From Candidatus Nealsonbacteria bacterium (GTDB lineage Bacteria > Patescibacteriota > Minisyncoccia > Minisyncoccales > MHMH01): 64,000 nt of DNA. The stretch spans positions 13,197 through 77,196 of the forward strand of contig JACPGX010000001.1 in NCBI GenBank assembly GCA_016188865.1, given 5' to 3'. Below are positions 19,236 through 28,141 of the stretch, piece after piece (the stretch's first letter is position 1; each line of letters opens with the position of its first letter). Made by a program: the position numbers and the translations under genes. The notes under the pieces are model-generated. The model was given only the letters and a program-made list of their open reading frames with translations. It was not told the origin of the DNA and searched no databases.

Positions 19236-20216
19236 CTACAATTTCTTTCCCACAAACTCGACGAACTCTGCCAATCTACAGGCGTAACCATACTCGTTAT
19301 CGTACCAAGCCAGGACTTTCACCAAATTATCTTTCGCCATGGTCAGGGGCAAATCAACTGTGGCCGAATATGTATTGCCGATGTAATCCGAAGAAACCAA
19401 AGGGGCTTCTTCAACGCCTAAAATTCCTTTCATTTCTTTTGTCGCTTCCTTAAAAGCTGAATTGACCTCATCTGCAGATGCTTTCTTTTCTACTTGGCAA
19501 ATTAAATCCAAAACGGAAACAGTCGGAACGGGAACCCTTATGGCAATTCCATCTAATTTCCCTTCTAATTCGGGAATAATTTTGCCTATAGCTTTAGCAG
19601 CTCCAGTACTCGTGGGAATCATATTTAAATCTGCTGCCCTCGCCCTTCTCAAATCCTTGTGGGGTAAATCTAAAATTCTCTGATCATTGGTGTAAGCGTG
19701 GCAGGTGGTCATGAAACCTTTTACGATTTTAAAATTGTCGTTCAAAACTTTAGCTACTGGAGCCAGACAATTAGTAGTGCAAGAGGCTAAATCTAAAATA
19801 TCGTATTTTTGAAGATCTAATTTATCCCCATTTACTCCGAGAACAAAAGAAGGAATTTTATCCGGATCTTTTGAGGGAGAGGAAATTATTACTTTCTTAG
19901 CTCCAGCTGTAATATGTTTTTTGGCTTCATCATACTTAGTAAATTCACCCGTAGACTCTATCACCACATCAATCCCTAATTCTTTCCAAGGCAAATGAGC
20001 CGGGTCTTCTTCGGCGAAAAATTTAACATTTAATAATGCTTCTGCTGACTTCTCATCTCTTCCGTAAACTGAATCATATTTCAAAAGATGAGCAAGAGTT
20101 TTCTGGTCGCCCAAATCGTTAATTGCTACAACTTTTAAATTGGGATGGTGGCCGATTATTCTCCGGAATGTCGGTCGGCCGATTCTCCCAAAGCCATTAA
20201 TGGCAACTTTTATCAT
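19236..20216 (-). CDS. gap: Glyceraldehyde-3-phosphate dehydrogenase type I
   Basis: INGFGRIGR, ASCTTNCL and WYDNE. Confidence 0.97.
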   Translation of the reverse strand: MIKVAINGFGRIGRPTFRRIIGHHPNLKVVAINDLGDQKTLAHLLKYDSVYGRDEKSAEALLNVKFFAEEDPAHLPWKELGIDVVIESTGEFTKYDEAKKHITAGAKKVIISSPSKDPDKIPSFVLGVNGDKLDLQKYDILDLASCTTNCLAPVAKVLNDNFKIVKGFMTTCHAYTNDQRILDLPHKDLRRARAADLNMIPTSTGAAKAIGKIIPELEGKLDGIAIRVPVPTVSVLDLICQVEKKASADEVNSAFKEATKEMKGILGVEEAPLVSSDYIGNTYSATVDLPLTMAKDNLVKVLAWYDNEYGYACRLAEFVEFVGKKL

Positions 20217-20217
20217 G

Positions 20218-20451
20218 TTATATTTTTAATATCTTGCTTATTTTTTCTCTATCAAAACCGATGATAATTTCCCCGTCAATATCAATTACCGGCACTCCCA
20301 TTTGGCCTGATTTGTGAATCATTTCTTCTCGCGCTTGAGCGTCTTGGGCAACGTTGGCGTCCTCAAAGGCAATATCCCTTTCTTTCAAAAATTCTTTCAA
20401 TGTAACACAATAAGGACAAGTTGGCGTAGAATATATTTTTATTTTGGCCAT
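20218..20451 (-). CDS. Glutaredoxin-like (NrdH/YruB) protein
   Basis: CPYC motif and SGQMGVPV. Confidence 0.9.
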   Translation of the reverse strand: MAKIKIYSTPTCPYCVTLKEFLKERDIAFEDANVAQDAQAREEMIHKSGQMGVPVIDIDGEIIIGFDREKISKILKI

Positions 20452-20471
20452 AAATTTATTTTAATTAATAA

Positions 20472-20777
20472 TTAATGTAAATTAAAAGCTGATGAAAAAA
20501 GATATTTACCATCTTTGGTCAGGAATGAATCGTATTCCGTATCTTTAATTTTTAAATGTATTTTATAAACGCCGCTTTCTTCAGTTATGCCCAAGAGAGA
20601 AGCCGCGACACTATCCCCCTCTAATGCCTGATTAATAAAATCTATAGCGAGTTTGCCTGCCTCATTTATGGAGGGGTCTCCATTATTTTGATTCTGCCAT
20701 AAATTAAAAAAACCCAATCCAATTGTCAGTACTGCGGCGAAAATAATAATAACTGTTATATTTTTACTCATATTCAT
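20472..20777 (-). CDS. Hypothetical membrane-anchored protein (DsbC N-terminal-like)
   Basis: N-terminal TM and ESGVYK..TKDGKYLF pattern. Confidence 0.6.
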   Translation of the reverse strand: MNMSKNITVIIIFAAVLTIGLGFFNLWQNQNNGDPSINEAGKLAIDFINQALEGDSVAASLLGITEESGVYKIHLKIKDTEYDSFLTKDGKYLFSSAFNLH

Positions 20778-21336
20778 ACTCTAATATACCGCCATATGGT
20801 ATTTCAAGATTAATTATATCACTATCTGATATTTTCTCAATATACTTAACCAAGGCCCTCAAACTATTATGGCTGGCTACAACTAAAATATCTTTTCCTA
20901 ACTCAAGGTCCTTTTCAATATATTCTTTAAAAAAAGATACTGCCCTTTCATAAACATCTTTTAAGCTCTCGCCTCCCGGAGGAGCCTGATCCCAGCTTCT
21001 CCTCCATAATTTAACCCGTTCTTCTCCGTATTTTTTCTTTACTTCGTCTTTGTTCAGACCTTGCAATTTGCCGTAATTTCTTTCATCCAAAGCCTTGTTA
21101 ATGACAATCGGAACATTTTTTTTGCTCAGATAACCCAAAATTAAAGAGGTGGTTTCCCTATTCCTGGCCAGAGGCGAAGTGTAAACTTTATCTATTTTAG
21201 CGTCGACTAATTTATCGGCAATTTCTTTTGCGTTCTCAATCCCCTCCTTGCTCAAAGGAACATCAGTCCAACCGGTAAATCTGTTTTCCAAATTCCACTG
21301 CGACTGAAGATGCCTTAGTAAAATTAGTTTCGCCAT
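20764..21336 (-). CDS. gpmA: 2,3-bisphosphoglycerate-dependent phosphoglycerate mutase
   Basis: LLRHLQS.WN.ENRFTGW, ERNYG.LQG and SHNSLRA. Confidence 0.9.
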   Translation of the reverse strand: MAKLILLRHLQSQWNLENRFTGWTDVPLSKEGIENAKEIADKLVDAKIDKVYTSPLARNRETTSLILGYLSKKNVPIVINKALDERNYGKLQGLNKDEVKKKYGEERVKLWRRSWDQAPPGGESLKDVYERAVSFFKEYIEKDLELGKDILVVASHNSLRALVKYIEKISDSDIINLEIPYGGILEYEYE

Positions 21337-21346
21337 ACGAATAAAA

Positions 21347-21386
21347 GAGGTCCGACCCCGCAAAAAATTGTGCGGGGTCGGACCTC
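21347..21386. repeat. REPIN-like inverted doublet, GTCGGAC family (related copies at 51676-51719 and 57490-57503)
   Basis: gaggtccgaccccgca-N8-tgcggggtcggacctc. Confidence 0.8.
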
Positions 21387-21392
21387 CAGATA

Positions 21393-22460
21393 TTATTTTA
21401 ATTCCTCCTCTATTTTTAATAATCTATTATATTTAGCCACTCTTTCTCCTCTGGCCGGAGCCCCGGCTTTGATATAGTCGGCTCCGATGCCCACCGCCAG
21501 GTCGGCAATAAAATCGTCATTGGTTTCGCCAGATCTGTGCGAAACTATTATTTTCCAGCCGTAGGATTTAGCTAATCTTGCCGCCTGCAGAGCTTCCGAT
21601 ACCGTGCCAATTTGATTAATTTTCAAAATCATCGCATTGCAAAGATTTTTTTCTTTTGCCATTTTTATTCTTTCGGGATTAGTTGCCAGCAAATCATCGC
21701 CGATTATTAAAATATTTTTAGGTTTAAATTCCTGCCAACTCTGAAGATTATCTTCCATAAATGGATCTTCCAGCCCAATAATAGGATATTTTTTAATTAA
21801 TTTATAATAATAAGCCGGGTCATATTGTTTTCTGGCGGCAACATCAATAATAATTTTAACATTATATTTGGATAAAAGATCCAGAGCTTCTTCCGCCTTT
21901 TTAAAAGGCGGCGCAAATCCCCCTTCGTCTCCGACATTTTTCCCTAATTTTTTGCGCAAGTCCCGGTAAATTTCCGACGCCCTTTGGATGCTACAAACTG
22001 CCATAAACTCCTGGAAATCAAGGTCATTGGTGGCATGCATTCCCCCATTAATCATATTAAAAGCCGCCTGAGGCAAAATAATCTTACGAGGCTTCGCCTC
22101 GTAAATTTTGGCCGCATATGAGTATAGGGGTAGATTTTTGGCTGCGGCTGCGGCTCCGGCTCTGGCCACTGCCATGGAAACCGGAGTCGTGGCATTGGTC
22201 CCGACATTCAATTTTTTAAGAATTTCGTCAATCCCCTTTTGGTCTAAAACATCTTTTCCATTTAACTCTCTGCTTACTAAACTATTTATATTCTTCACCG
22301 CAACTTCCGGAGACGCGGTTTTAGCTTCGTATTTGCCGGTAGATGCTCCCGAGGGGGCAGAGTCAGTAAAAATACCTTGATTTGTCTCAAGGTTAACTTC
22401 CGCCGTCCAGTTTCCCCTCGAATCCAAAATTTTCCTAGCCGTGATTGATAATATATTCAT
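21393..22460 (-). CDS. eno: Enolase (shortened)
   Basis: ILDSRGN, PSGASTG, GDEGGFAP, SHRSGET and RVAKYNRLL. Confidence 0.95.
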   Translation of the reverse strand: MNILSITARKILDSRGNWTAEVNLETNQGIFTDSAPSGASTGKYEAKTASPEVAVKNINSLVSRELNGKDVLDQKGIDEILKKLNVGTNATTPVSMAVARAGAAAAAKNLPLYSYAAKIYEAKPRKIILPQAAFNMINGGMHATNDLDFQEFMAVCSIQRASEIYRDLRKKLGKNVGDEGGFAPPFKKAEEALDLLSKYNVKIIIDVAARKQYDPAYYYKLIKKYPIIGLEDPFMEDNLQSWQEFKPKNILIIGDDLLATNPERIKMAKEKNLCNAMILKINQIGTVSEALQAARLAKSYGWKIIVSHRSGETNDDFIADLAVGIGADYIKAGAPARGERVAKYNRLLKIEEELK

Positions 22461-23352
22461 AAGCGGATAAGGCGGCTTTGCAGCCTTCGCCGGCTGCAAT
22501 GACAATTTGCTTCCACCTTACGTCAGTTACGTCGCCGGCAGCGAAAAGGCCGGGGGTTTTTGTCATATTATTTTTTGGATCAATTTTTATTTCATCTTTC
22601 TCGGAAAACTCCACTAAATCTTTAGCAAAAGAAGTGGCCGGCTGCGAACCTATCTCCACAAAAACTCCCTGAACATTGAGAGTAATTAATTTTTGCGATT
22701 TCCTATCTTGATAAATAACGGAGTCTACAAAATCTTTTCCCTTAATTTCTTTAATGGCAGCGTTAGTTATAACTTCGATGTCGTATTTCTGGGCAAGCTT
22801 TTGATTGATTTCATCTGCTTTGATTTGAGGAGAAAATTCCAAAATGTAAACTTTCTTGGCATAACTGTGCAGGGAAATGGCTGCTTCAAATCCGGAATTT
22901 CCTCCCCCAACGACTGCCACTTCTTTATCACCAAATAAAGGGCCGTCGCAGGCAGTGCAATAAGATACTCCCTTGCCTATAAATTCTTTTTCGCCCGGCA
23001 CTTCCAAAGGTCTCGGGTCGGCTCCGGAAGTAACAATCACCGCTTTTGATTGAAACTGCTTTCCGGATGTTGCTGAAACGTAAAAACCGCCGCTAACTTT
23101 TTCAACCTTGCTAACTGAGTCTATTTCTATGTCAATCTTATTCTTTCTCAAATGTTTTTCAAATTTCTGCATCAAATCCAAACCAGATATTTTTTCAAAA
23201 CCAGGATAATTCTCAATATCCACGGATTTCCTTGTCATTTGTCCGCCGAAGGACTTTGCTATTAAAAGAGTATTCAAATTTTGTCTGGCAGCATAAATGC
23301 CCGCTGCCACTCCTGCCGGCCCGCCGCCAATGATAATTAAGTCGTATAGCAT
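22435..23352 (-). CDS. trxB: Thioredoxin reductase-like FAD oxidoreductase
   Basis: GGGPAG, GVSYCTACDG, GGGNSG and GLFAAGD. Confidence 0.88.
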   Translation of the reverse strand: MLYDLIIIGGGPAGVAAGIYAARQNLNTLLIAKSFGGQMTRKSVDIENYPGFEKISGLDLMQKFEKHLRKNKIDIEIDSVSKVEKVSGGFYVSATSGKQFQSKAVIVTSGADPRPLEVPGEKEFIGKGVSYCTACDGPLFGDKEVAVVGGGNSGFEAAISLHSYAKKVYILEFSPQIKADEINQKLAQKYDIEVITNAAIKEIKGKDFVDSVIYQDRKSQKLITLNVQGVFVEIGSQPATSFAKDLVEFSEKDEIKIDPKNNMTKTPGLFAAGDVTDVRWKQIVIAAGEGCKAALSAYEYIINHG

Positions 23353-23356
23353 TATT

Positions 23357-24220
23357 TTAGTGTAAAACTTCGGGAATAGCTTCAATCAAGTCGGTGGCCA
23401 TAAGTCCATCCTTTTTAGATTCGCTGGCTATTTCTCCGGCCTTGCCGTTGATATAGGCTGCCGCTTGTCCTGCCAAAAATGGATTTATACCTCTAGCCAT
23501 TAAGGCCCCGGCGATTCCAGCTAAAGTATCGCCGCAGCCGCCTACTGTCATATATGGATTGCCCGTCTTATTCACGGCTACTTCTTTACCGTCGGAAATA
23601 ATATCTATTTTGCCTTTAAGCAAAATAGTTGTTCCAAGCCTAAGGGCCTCTTCCTGGGTCGCCTTGATTCTCTCTTCATCTGTTTTACCGATAACCTCCT
23701 TGCCGGTTAATACAAAAAACTCGTAACCGTGAGGAGTAAAAAGAAAATTTTTACCTTTATAAACATCGGGTTTTTGGGCTATAGCATAAATCGCGTCGGT
23801 ATCGACTACAACTGGCACTGAAATGTGCGATAAGTACTCCAAAATTGCCTCTTGCGTTTCCTTGCTTCTGCCCAATCCCCCGCCGATTACTACAGCGGCA
23901 TTTTCTCTGGCTACGATTTTAGCCGATTCTGTCATAGAAATCAGGGTTGCTACGTCCGGCTTATCCAGCCATTTACCCTCCAACGGATAAGCTGCTAGAT
24001 TCGGAGAAAAAGAAGCGATGATATCTGCCGCTCTTTTGGGCGCTAAAATTCTTACCATATCAACGCCTGCCCTGAAAGCTGCCATTGAGGCTAAGGCGGG
24101 AGAGCCGGAATAAAAATCAGAACCGCCGATTACCACCAGCATCCCAAAATCATATTTTCTGGAATCTTCCGGCCTTGGTTTATAAATATTTTTCAAAATA
24201 TCTTTTGAAACTTCTATCAT
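23357..24220 (-). CDS. nnrD: ADP-dependent NAD(P)H-hydrate dehydratase
   Basis: VIGGS..YSGSP, TPHGYEF and GNPYMTVGGCGDTLAG. Confidence 0.9.
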   Translation of the reverse strand: MIEVSKDILKNIYKPRPEDSRKYDFGMLVVIGGSDFYSGSPALASMAAFRAGVDMVRILAPKRAADIIASFSPNLAAYPLEGKWLDKPDVATLISMTESAKIVARENAAVVIGGGLGRSKETQEAILEYLSHISVPVVVDTDAIYAIAQKPDVYKGKNFLFTPHGYEFFVLTGKEVIGKTDEERIKATQEEALRLGTTILLKGKIDIISDGKEVAVNKTGNPYMTVGGCGDTLAGIAGALMARGINPFLAGQAAAYINGKAGEIASESKKDGLMATDLIEAIPEVLH

Positions 24221-24235
24221 AATATCTTAATTTAA

Positions 24236-25105
24236 TTATAATTTTTCTTTTAAAAATTTTTGGAGTTCCTCCCCGTATGAAGGATGGTGCAGAGAAAAAT
24301 AAAGATTAGATTTTAACCAGCGAAGTTTATCGCCGCACTCCAGCCACTCGCCGTCAATTTCGTAACCATAAATTGTTTTTCCAGCTTGAATCATTCTTTC
24401 AAAGGCCTGAGCTAAAATAATCTCGCCCTTCTCATTACGCTGAGTTTTTTTGAGAAATTCGAAAACTTCGGGGGTAATAACATATCTCCCCACTATTGCT
24501 AAATTAGATGGAGCAGAATCAATGGCTGGTTTTTCAACGATTTTTTTAATTTTGTAAAGTCGTGAAGCGATCTTTTCCACTCCCACTACCCCATAATGTG
24601 GTAATTTTTCTTTTGATATTTTTTTCAGGGCAATAATCGGTTTTTGGCAAGTTTGAAAAACTTCTAAAAGCTGCGTAAGGCAGGGTATTTTTGAATCCAC
24701 AACATCATCGGCGAAAAAAACTCCACAAGGCTCATCGGAATATTTTCTGGCCTGTAAAATAGCATGGCCATCGCCCAAGGGCTCTTTTTGCGTAGCGAAA
24801 GAAAATGTTATATTTTTAGAAAGATCTTTTAGTTGGTTTAGTTCTGTTAGAATATCGTCTTTTTTCTTATCTTGAAGAAATTTTTCCAACTTTTGGGAAG
24901 GATTAAAGTATGATGAAATTTCGCGCTGTTTGCCGGCAGAAACGACAAAAACTACTTCCTCAATTCCAGAAGCAAGGGCCTCTTCCAAAAGATACTGTAT
25001 GGTAGATTTATCAGCTAAGGGTAAAAATTCTTTTGGAACAGCTTTCGAAAGAGGCAAAAGACGCGTGCCCAAGCCAGCGATAGGGATTATGGCTTTTTTA
25101 ATCAT
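24236..25105 (-). CDS. galU: UTP-glucose-1-phosphate uridylyltransferase
   Basis: KAIIPIAGLGTRLLP..K..PKE, QKEPLGDGHA and VEKP. Confidence 0.88.
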   Translation of the reverse strand: MIKKAIIPIAGLGTRLLPLSKAVPKEFLPLADKSTIQYLLEEALASGIEEVVFVVSAGKQREISSYFNPSQKLEKFLQDKKKDDILTELNQLKDLSKNITFSFATQKEPLGDGHAILQARKYSDEPCGVFFADDVVDSKIPCLTQLLEVFQTCQKPIIALKKISKEKLPHYGVVGVEKIASRLYKIKKIVEKPAIDSAPSNLAIVGRYVITPEVFEFLKKTQRNEKGEIILAQAFERMIQAGKTIYGYEIDGEWLECGDKLRWLKSNLYFSLHHPSYGEELQKFLKEKL

Positions 25106-26421
25106 AAATTATTTTGTCTCCTTAAAAAGGCTGGTATATTCCACTTTTCTTCCGCCTCAAGTAGTTCTTGCTCGGTCTTTTCAGTGTCCTTCTTCAAGTC
25201 AAGAGCATTTTTCCTAGTAAAAACACTTGCTATCGCAGGCGATGGGTTAGAAACGGGAGCTTTTTTTTCTTTCTTCTTAATTGTCGGTTTTTTTGATTTC
25301 TTTGATTTTAACTGGGTTTTTGGCTGAGTTTTTTGTTCGGGCTTCGGCTCTTGCTTTGGCTCTTGCTTTGGCTTAATTTTATTATCCCTTCTTTCGTCTT
25401 GCTTGACGCCAACTCCTACAGCCAAAAGAGTAATCCTGAGCTTATCATTATAGCTGCCATCCTGAGAAACTCCGAAAATAATTTTTGCCCGGCGATTAAA
25501 ATCGGAAATTGCCCTGCTGATTGCTTCCACTTCCATCATTCCCAAATCTTTTGAAGCCGTAATATTAAAAACAATTTTTTCCGCGCCATCGATAGTATAT
25601 TCATTCAGGGGACTGCTTAAAAGTTCTTTGATAGATTCTTCTGCGCGATTTTCCCCTTGGCCATAAGCTGTATTTAAATAAGTTAATTTGCCTTTGCCGT
25701 CTAAAATAGTTTTAAGGTCGGCGAAATCAATATTAACAATGCCGGGAAAATAAATCATTTCAATAAGCCCCCTGAGATTTTCCGAAAGACGTTTGTTAAC
25801 TGCGGAAAAAGCATCAATTATCGGCGTATCTTTATTAATAATCTGAAAAATATTTTCATTAGGTATGACGGAAAAAGCATTTAAATTTGGTATTGCCCTT
25901 TCCAAACTAGCTCTGGCAATCTGGGCTCTTTTTGCTCCTTCAAATTTAAAAGGCAAAGTAAAAATCCCAAAAGACATTACTCCCAGCTCTTTAGCAATTT
26001 TTATAAACTCCGGGGCGGCGCCCGATCCGGTCCCGCCGCCTAAACAAGCAACAAAAATCGCCAAATCCACTTCCTTTAAAAGCTGGCTTATTTTTTGTTT
26101 TGCTTCATGGGCTGACTTTTGGCCGACTTTCGGATCCATGCCGCAGCCCAAGCCATGTGTTAAATTTTGGCCGAACTGGAAAATTTTTGCCTTTTTCTTG
26201 ATTGCTTTTAACGCCTGCAAATCAGTGTTGGCCGTTACAAAATCAATTTTTTTCAATTGAGAAGAAATTTCTGAAATTATGGAACCGGCCCCTCCGCCAA
26301 CGCCAATAATCCTCATCTTGGTTTTGTGGACTCCGTCTTCGGTCTTTGGAATACTTAGTCCCGACTTTGTCGAGGATCCTCGGCTATGTCGGGATTTTTT
26401 AGCGCTTACTTTCTTCTTCAT
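25102..26421 (-). CDS. ftsZ: Cell division protein FtsZ
   Basis: GVGGGAG, NTD.QAL, LGGGTGSG, NIDFAD and C-terminal IPAFLRR. Confidence 0.96.
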   Translation of the reverse strand: MKKKVSAKKSRHSRGSSTKSGLSIPKTEDGVHKTKMRIIGVGGGAGSIISEISSQLKKIDFVTANTDLQALKAIKKKAKIFQFGQNLTHGLGCGMDPKVGQKSAHEAKQKISQLLKEVDLAIFVACLGGGTGSGAAPEFIKIAKELGVMSFGIFTLPFKFEGAKRAQIARASLERAIPNLNAFSVIPNENIFQIINKDTPIIDAFSAVNKRLSENLRGLIEMIYFPGIVNIDFADLKTILDGKGKLTYLNTAYGQGENRAEESIKELLSSPLNEYTIDGAEKIVFNITASKDLGMMEVEAISRAISDFNRRAKIIFGVSQDGSYNDKLRITLLAVGVGVKQDERRDNKIKPKQEPKQEPKPEQKTQPKTQLKSKKSKKPTIKKKEKKAPVSNPSPAIASVFTRKNALDLKKDTEKTEQELLEAEEKWNIPAFLRRQNNL

Positions 26422-26437
26422 ACATTTTCCATTATTA

Positions 26438-26468
26438 CAAACAAAAAAGCGGGGGTCAATACCTCCGC
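26438..26468 (-). repeat. 31-bp direct repeat (terminator-like), second copy at 27703-27733
   Basis: Identical caaacaaaaaagcgggggtcaatacctccgc at both sites. Confidence 0.85.
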
Positions 26469-26475
26469 CTTAAGA

Positions 26476-26940
26476 TTACTTTTTATAAAGTTCTCTGGCA
26501 TCTTTTCGCAAAAAAACCTGCGAAACACCAACTCTTATTATTTCATCCCAACAGGGCTCACATACCCACCAATGACCATCTAAATACATACTGGCGCCCT
26601 TGGGGTCGCTTCCTTTATTCAGGGTGTCGCGGATTGCCATAACTTCGCAGTGCCCTTCTTGTTTACAAACCGTCTTACAAAACTCGTACCCAGTGCCAGT
26701 GGGGCAATTACGGATTACTCTTGGACAAACCTCTACTTTTTCACCAGCGTTTACGCCACGACCGATAATCTTTCCTCGCTTAACAATAACTGCGGCGGTT
26801 GGTTGCTTAATGCAACCAGAATTAGCCAGTATTTTCGTCGCTTCTTTCATAAATTTATTAGTCGGACTTACGTATAGAATCTTTCGGTTTTTAGGCAGAT
26901 ATGGCAGCAATCTCGTCCTCCATTTTTCACCTCTTAACAT
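26476..26940 (-). CDS. Cytidine/deoxycytidylate deaminase family protein
   Basis: Zinc-binding HCE..A and CEPC motifs, plus IIGRGVN. Confidence 0.85.
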   Translation of the reverse strand: MLRGEKWRTRLLPYLPKNRKILYVSPTNKFMKEATKILANSGCIKQPTAAVIVKRGKIIGRGVNAGEKVEVCPRVIRNCPTGTGYEFCKTVCKQEGHCEVMAIRDTLNKGSDPKGASMYLDGHWWVCEPCWDEIIRVGVSQVFLRKDARELYKK

Positions 26941-26941
26941 T

Positions 26942-27667
26942 TTATTCGAGACTTATTTCTTTAAAAACCGACGTCTCTCTTAATTCTCTCTTGGCTTGAA
27001 GCCAATCGTTGATAAATCTTTGAGCTTCTTTAATCCCGTCCATCTCATTGATCAAAAATTCTCTACTAGTTAGGGATGGAAAATTTTTCTTTCCGAGACA
27101 ATCGGGATAGCTTGACCAGCGATAATTTTCTATAAATTCTATTACTTTATTTAACTCTTTACCAATAATTCCACCCTCTTTCCAGTTTGGTATCAAAATC
27201 GCCACTGGATTAGTATGGATATAAACAAAGACTATTTTTAATTGATTATCATTCTCAATATGAATAGCTCTATACCTTCCGTCAAACAGCCGGCCTTTCC
27301 TTTGATATTTTTTGTTGTAGTATCCTCCGTAGCCTGCGCCAATTTTTCTCATAAGCTTGCTAATGCCCCCGTCTGAAACTTGTCTAACTAATAAGTGGAT
27401 ATGATTTGACATTAGGCAAAAAGCTAAAACTTCCACTAACAATTTTCTCTTCGTAAATAGAGCGAGAACACTTCTCGCTCTATTGGGTATCTCATTTCCT
27501 TGTCTACGATAAGTAGAAATTGCTGCATTATTATTATTAAAAACAAACAAGCTATGGATCATTCTATAATAATCTTTTTCATTGCGAAAAAGCTTCATCC
27601 CCTCGATTGCTCGAATTACGATGTGGTATATTTCTCCATTAATTAATGGTGGTCGTTTAACTGGCAT
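26942..27667 (-). CDS. REP-associated tyrosine transposase (RAYT)
   Basis: YHIVIR, FCLMSNHIHL, YIHTNP and YRWSSY. REP copies at 27456-27484 and 27668-27700. Confidence 0.88.
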   Translation of the reverse strand: MPVKRPPLINGEIYHIVIRAIEGMKLFRNEKDYYRMIHSLFVFNNNNAAISTYRRQGNEIPNRARSVLALFTKRKLLVEVLAFCLMSNHIHLLVRQVSDGGISKLMRKIGAGYGGYYNKKYQRKGRLFDGRYRAIHIENDNQLKIVFVYIHTNPVAILIPNWKEGGIIGKELNKVIEFIENYRWSSYPDCLGKKNFPSLTSREFLINEMDGIKEAQRFINDWLQAKRELRETSVFKEISLE

Positions 27668-27746
27668 ATAATAGAGCGAGAAGTGTTCTCGCTCTATTAT
27701 CGCAAACAAAAAAGCGGGGGTCAATACCTCCGCTTTAACAAGAGTC

Positions 27747-28076
27747 TTATTCCTTGAAACCAAACCTTGTTTCTAAGCCGGCTCTACGGCAAATCCAGTG
27801 GATCATCGCGGCATCCATGATAATTCCTATCGGTCCCAAGATAATACTTGGAATTCCCACAAAGACCTCATCGTATGCAGTCCAAACTCGTCCCCTTGTT
27901 TCAGTCTTATAAAATTTCGTCATGCCCCTTCCAATGAACCCCAGAACAATCCAGAGAAAAATTGCGAACATCCAAAATATGAATGCAAATGAAAATATGG
28001 GGCCAGTGAAAACTGCTAGCATCACACGATGGAAAAAATCGCCAAGCAACTCTCCGATAAGTTCAAATATCCACAT
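27747..28076 (-). CDS. Hypothetical membrane protein
   Basis: Hydrophobic 109-aa ORF with its own promoter and AGGAGGT SD. Confidence 0.7.
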   Translation of the reverse strand: MWIFELIGELLGDFFHRVMLAVFTGPIFSFAFIFWMFAIFLWIVLGFIGRGMTKFYKTETRGRVWTAYDEVFVGIPSIILGPIGIIMDAAMIHWICRRAGLETRFGFKE

Positions 28077-28141
28077 TGTTGCAACCTCCTTTCTTTTTTA
28101 ATGTTCCAGATAACGAATACTAGCATACACATTAAAAAAAG

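Noticed and set aside
25320..25375. QEPK-type repeat in ftsZ
   Set aside because: Ordinary low-complexity FtsZ linker.
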